64,000 nucleotides of DNA from Nitrosopumilus sp. Lineage in GTDB: Archaea > Thermoproteota > Nitrososphaeria > Nitrososphaerales > Nitrosopumilaceae. Below are positions 62,991 to 64,000 of the stretch, piece after piece. The translations under genes were made by a program, and so were the position numbers. Positions within the stretch are counted from its first letter, which is position 1. Each line of letters opens with the position of its first letter. The stretch is from NCBI GenBank assembly GCA_965197525.1, contig OZ240211.1:1408001-1472000 (forward strand), given 5' to 3'. The notes under the pieces were generated by a model that saw only the letters and a program-made list of their open reading frames with translations, was not told the DNA's origin and made no database searches.

Positions 62991-63400
62991 GTAAGCGTTC
63001 ACGTCATTTAGGCGTTTAAATCATGAAAATTAGTTTGTTGCATCTCTATGTCAAATTTGATGTAGGTTATTTTGTGTATTACCAAATTTTTGTAACTAAT
63101 CTTACTAAATAGTAGTTTTTTGGAAGGCAAATATGATAAAGTCAACGATCAAGGCGACAGTCAGAAATGGCCAAAAACTCAGATCTGAGAAGAGAAAATG
63201 CAGAATTGAAAAGCGCGCTTGCGAATGTCAGACGAGAAATGGTAGAATTTAAGATAAAGTTTATAGATCAGTTAACCCAAATGTCTCCATATTCTAAGGC
63301 CAGATCGCGTCAGGTGGAGGCTCTGGCGGAATTATCATCTCGTTACCGTTCTATCCAATGCTATTTTGATCATCCCCTGCGTGATTATCGGTTTTTTTAG
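62991..63400 (+). mobile_element. IS66-type left end with truncated coiled-coil ORF (63167..63400)
   Basis: Begins GTAAGCGTTCACGTCATTTAGG; ORF MAKNSDLRRENAELKSAL; homologous to 29039-29270. Confidence 0.6.
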
Positions 63401-64000
63401 GCGTAGCCAACCATGCATGATCGCCATAAGAGCGTGTTGATCATCACCCACGCATTATAAAACAACAGAGAATACACAAAACAGAACATTCTGGCAGCAG
63501 AATTCTTGCTTTTGGTTTTGGCTCTAATATTTTCTAACATTCTGTAGCCGGTCTCTATGCCCCATCTGCTGGCATAGATCTCAACGTCTACACTGGGTTG
63601 ATTAGTAGCAAAATCCGATGTATCTCTCCTCCGGCCGGAGCTCGCGATTCTTGATCTTTTTTCTCTTCTTTCTTGTCACTATGATCATATGGTATACAGC
63701 TACTGTACCATCATATCCTGCGATCTCAACTTTGGATTCTGCAGGACCGTTCTCTTTATCGAATTTTCTTATACATCGTACCACAGTATCCGTATTCTTG
63801 CATGGTGTGATGTATAATACAACCCCATCTTGTCAATCATGTCTAGAATTTTGGCGTTGAAGAATTCGCGATCAAGTAAGACATATCTGATCTTGACTCC
63901 AATATTTTGGCATGAAACGAGGATTTTACGCACGAAATTGTCTATGGATTCAAGTGCAGGCATGTGATACGCACATAGATTCAGTCTGATTCCCGAAGTG
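63397..64000 (-). pseudogene. ISH3-family transposase, 3' part, frameshifted; runs off the window
   Basis: VLLDREFFN, YIGF, RWGIETGYRMLE, FYNAW. Confidence 0.8.

Overview
AT-rich archaeal chromosome segment from an ammonia-oxidising thaumarchaeote (Nitrosopumilaceae-like: PEFG-CTERM and CFI-box-CTERM proteins, rps19e, TFE, aTrm56, NAC, GTP cyclohydrolase III). The core backbone comprises a copper/secreted-protein cluster, thiolase-DUF35, an HTH-ATP-cone-NrdD-like gene next to class II RNR, tRNA-Gly, a riboflavin cluster and information-processing genes. It is interrupted by many IS elements and remnants (two IS110, IS5, IS630, ISH3, IS66-type ends, a 92-bp MITE). It ends in a ~9.5-kb giant FG-GAP/PKD/Ig surface-protein gene split by one frameshift. 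The strongest signal is in the two IS110 elements. Each has a covarying two-loop non-coding structure upstream of the recombinase that looks like a bridge RNA. Its donor-loop guides match the element's own ends in both copies. In copy 1 the target-loop guides match the actual insertion site, which is the terminal inverted repeat of an IS5 element. Copy 2 also sits in another IS's terminal repeat. All domain calls are from motif recognition by eye; no searches were run.
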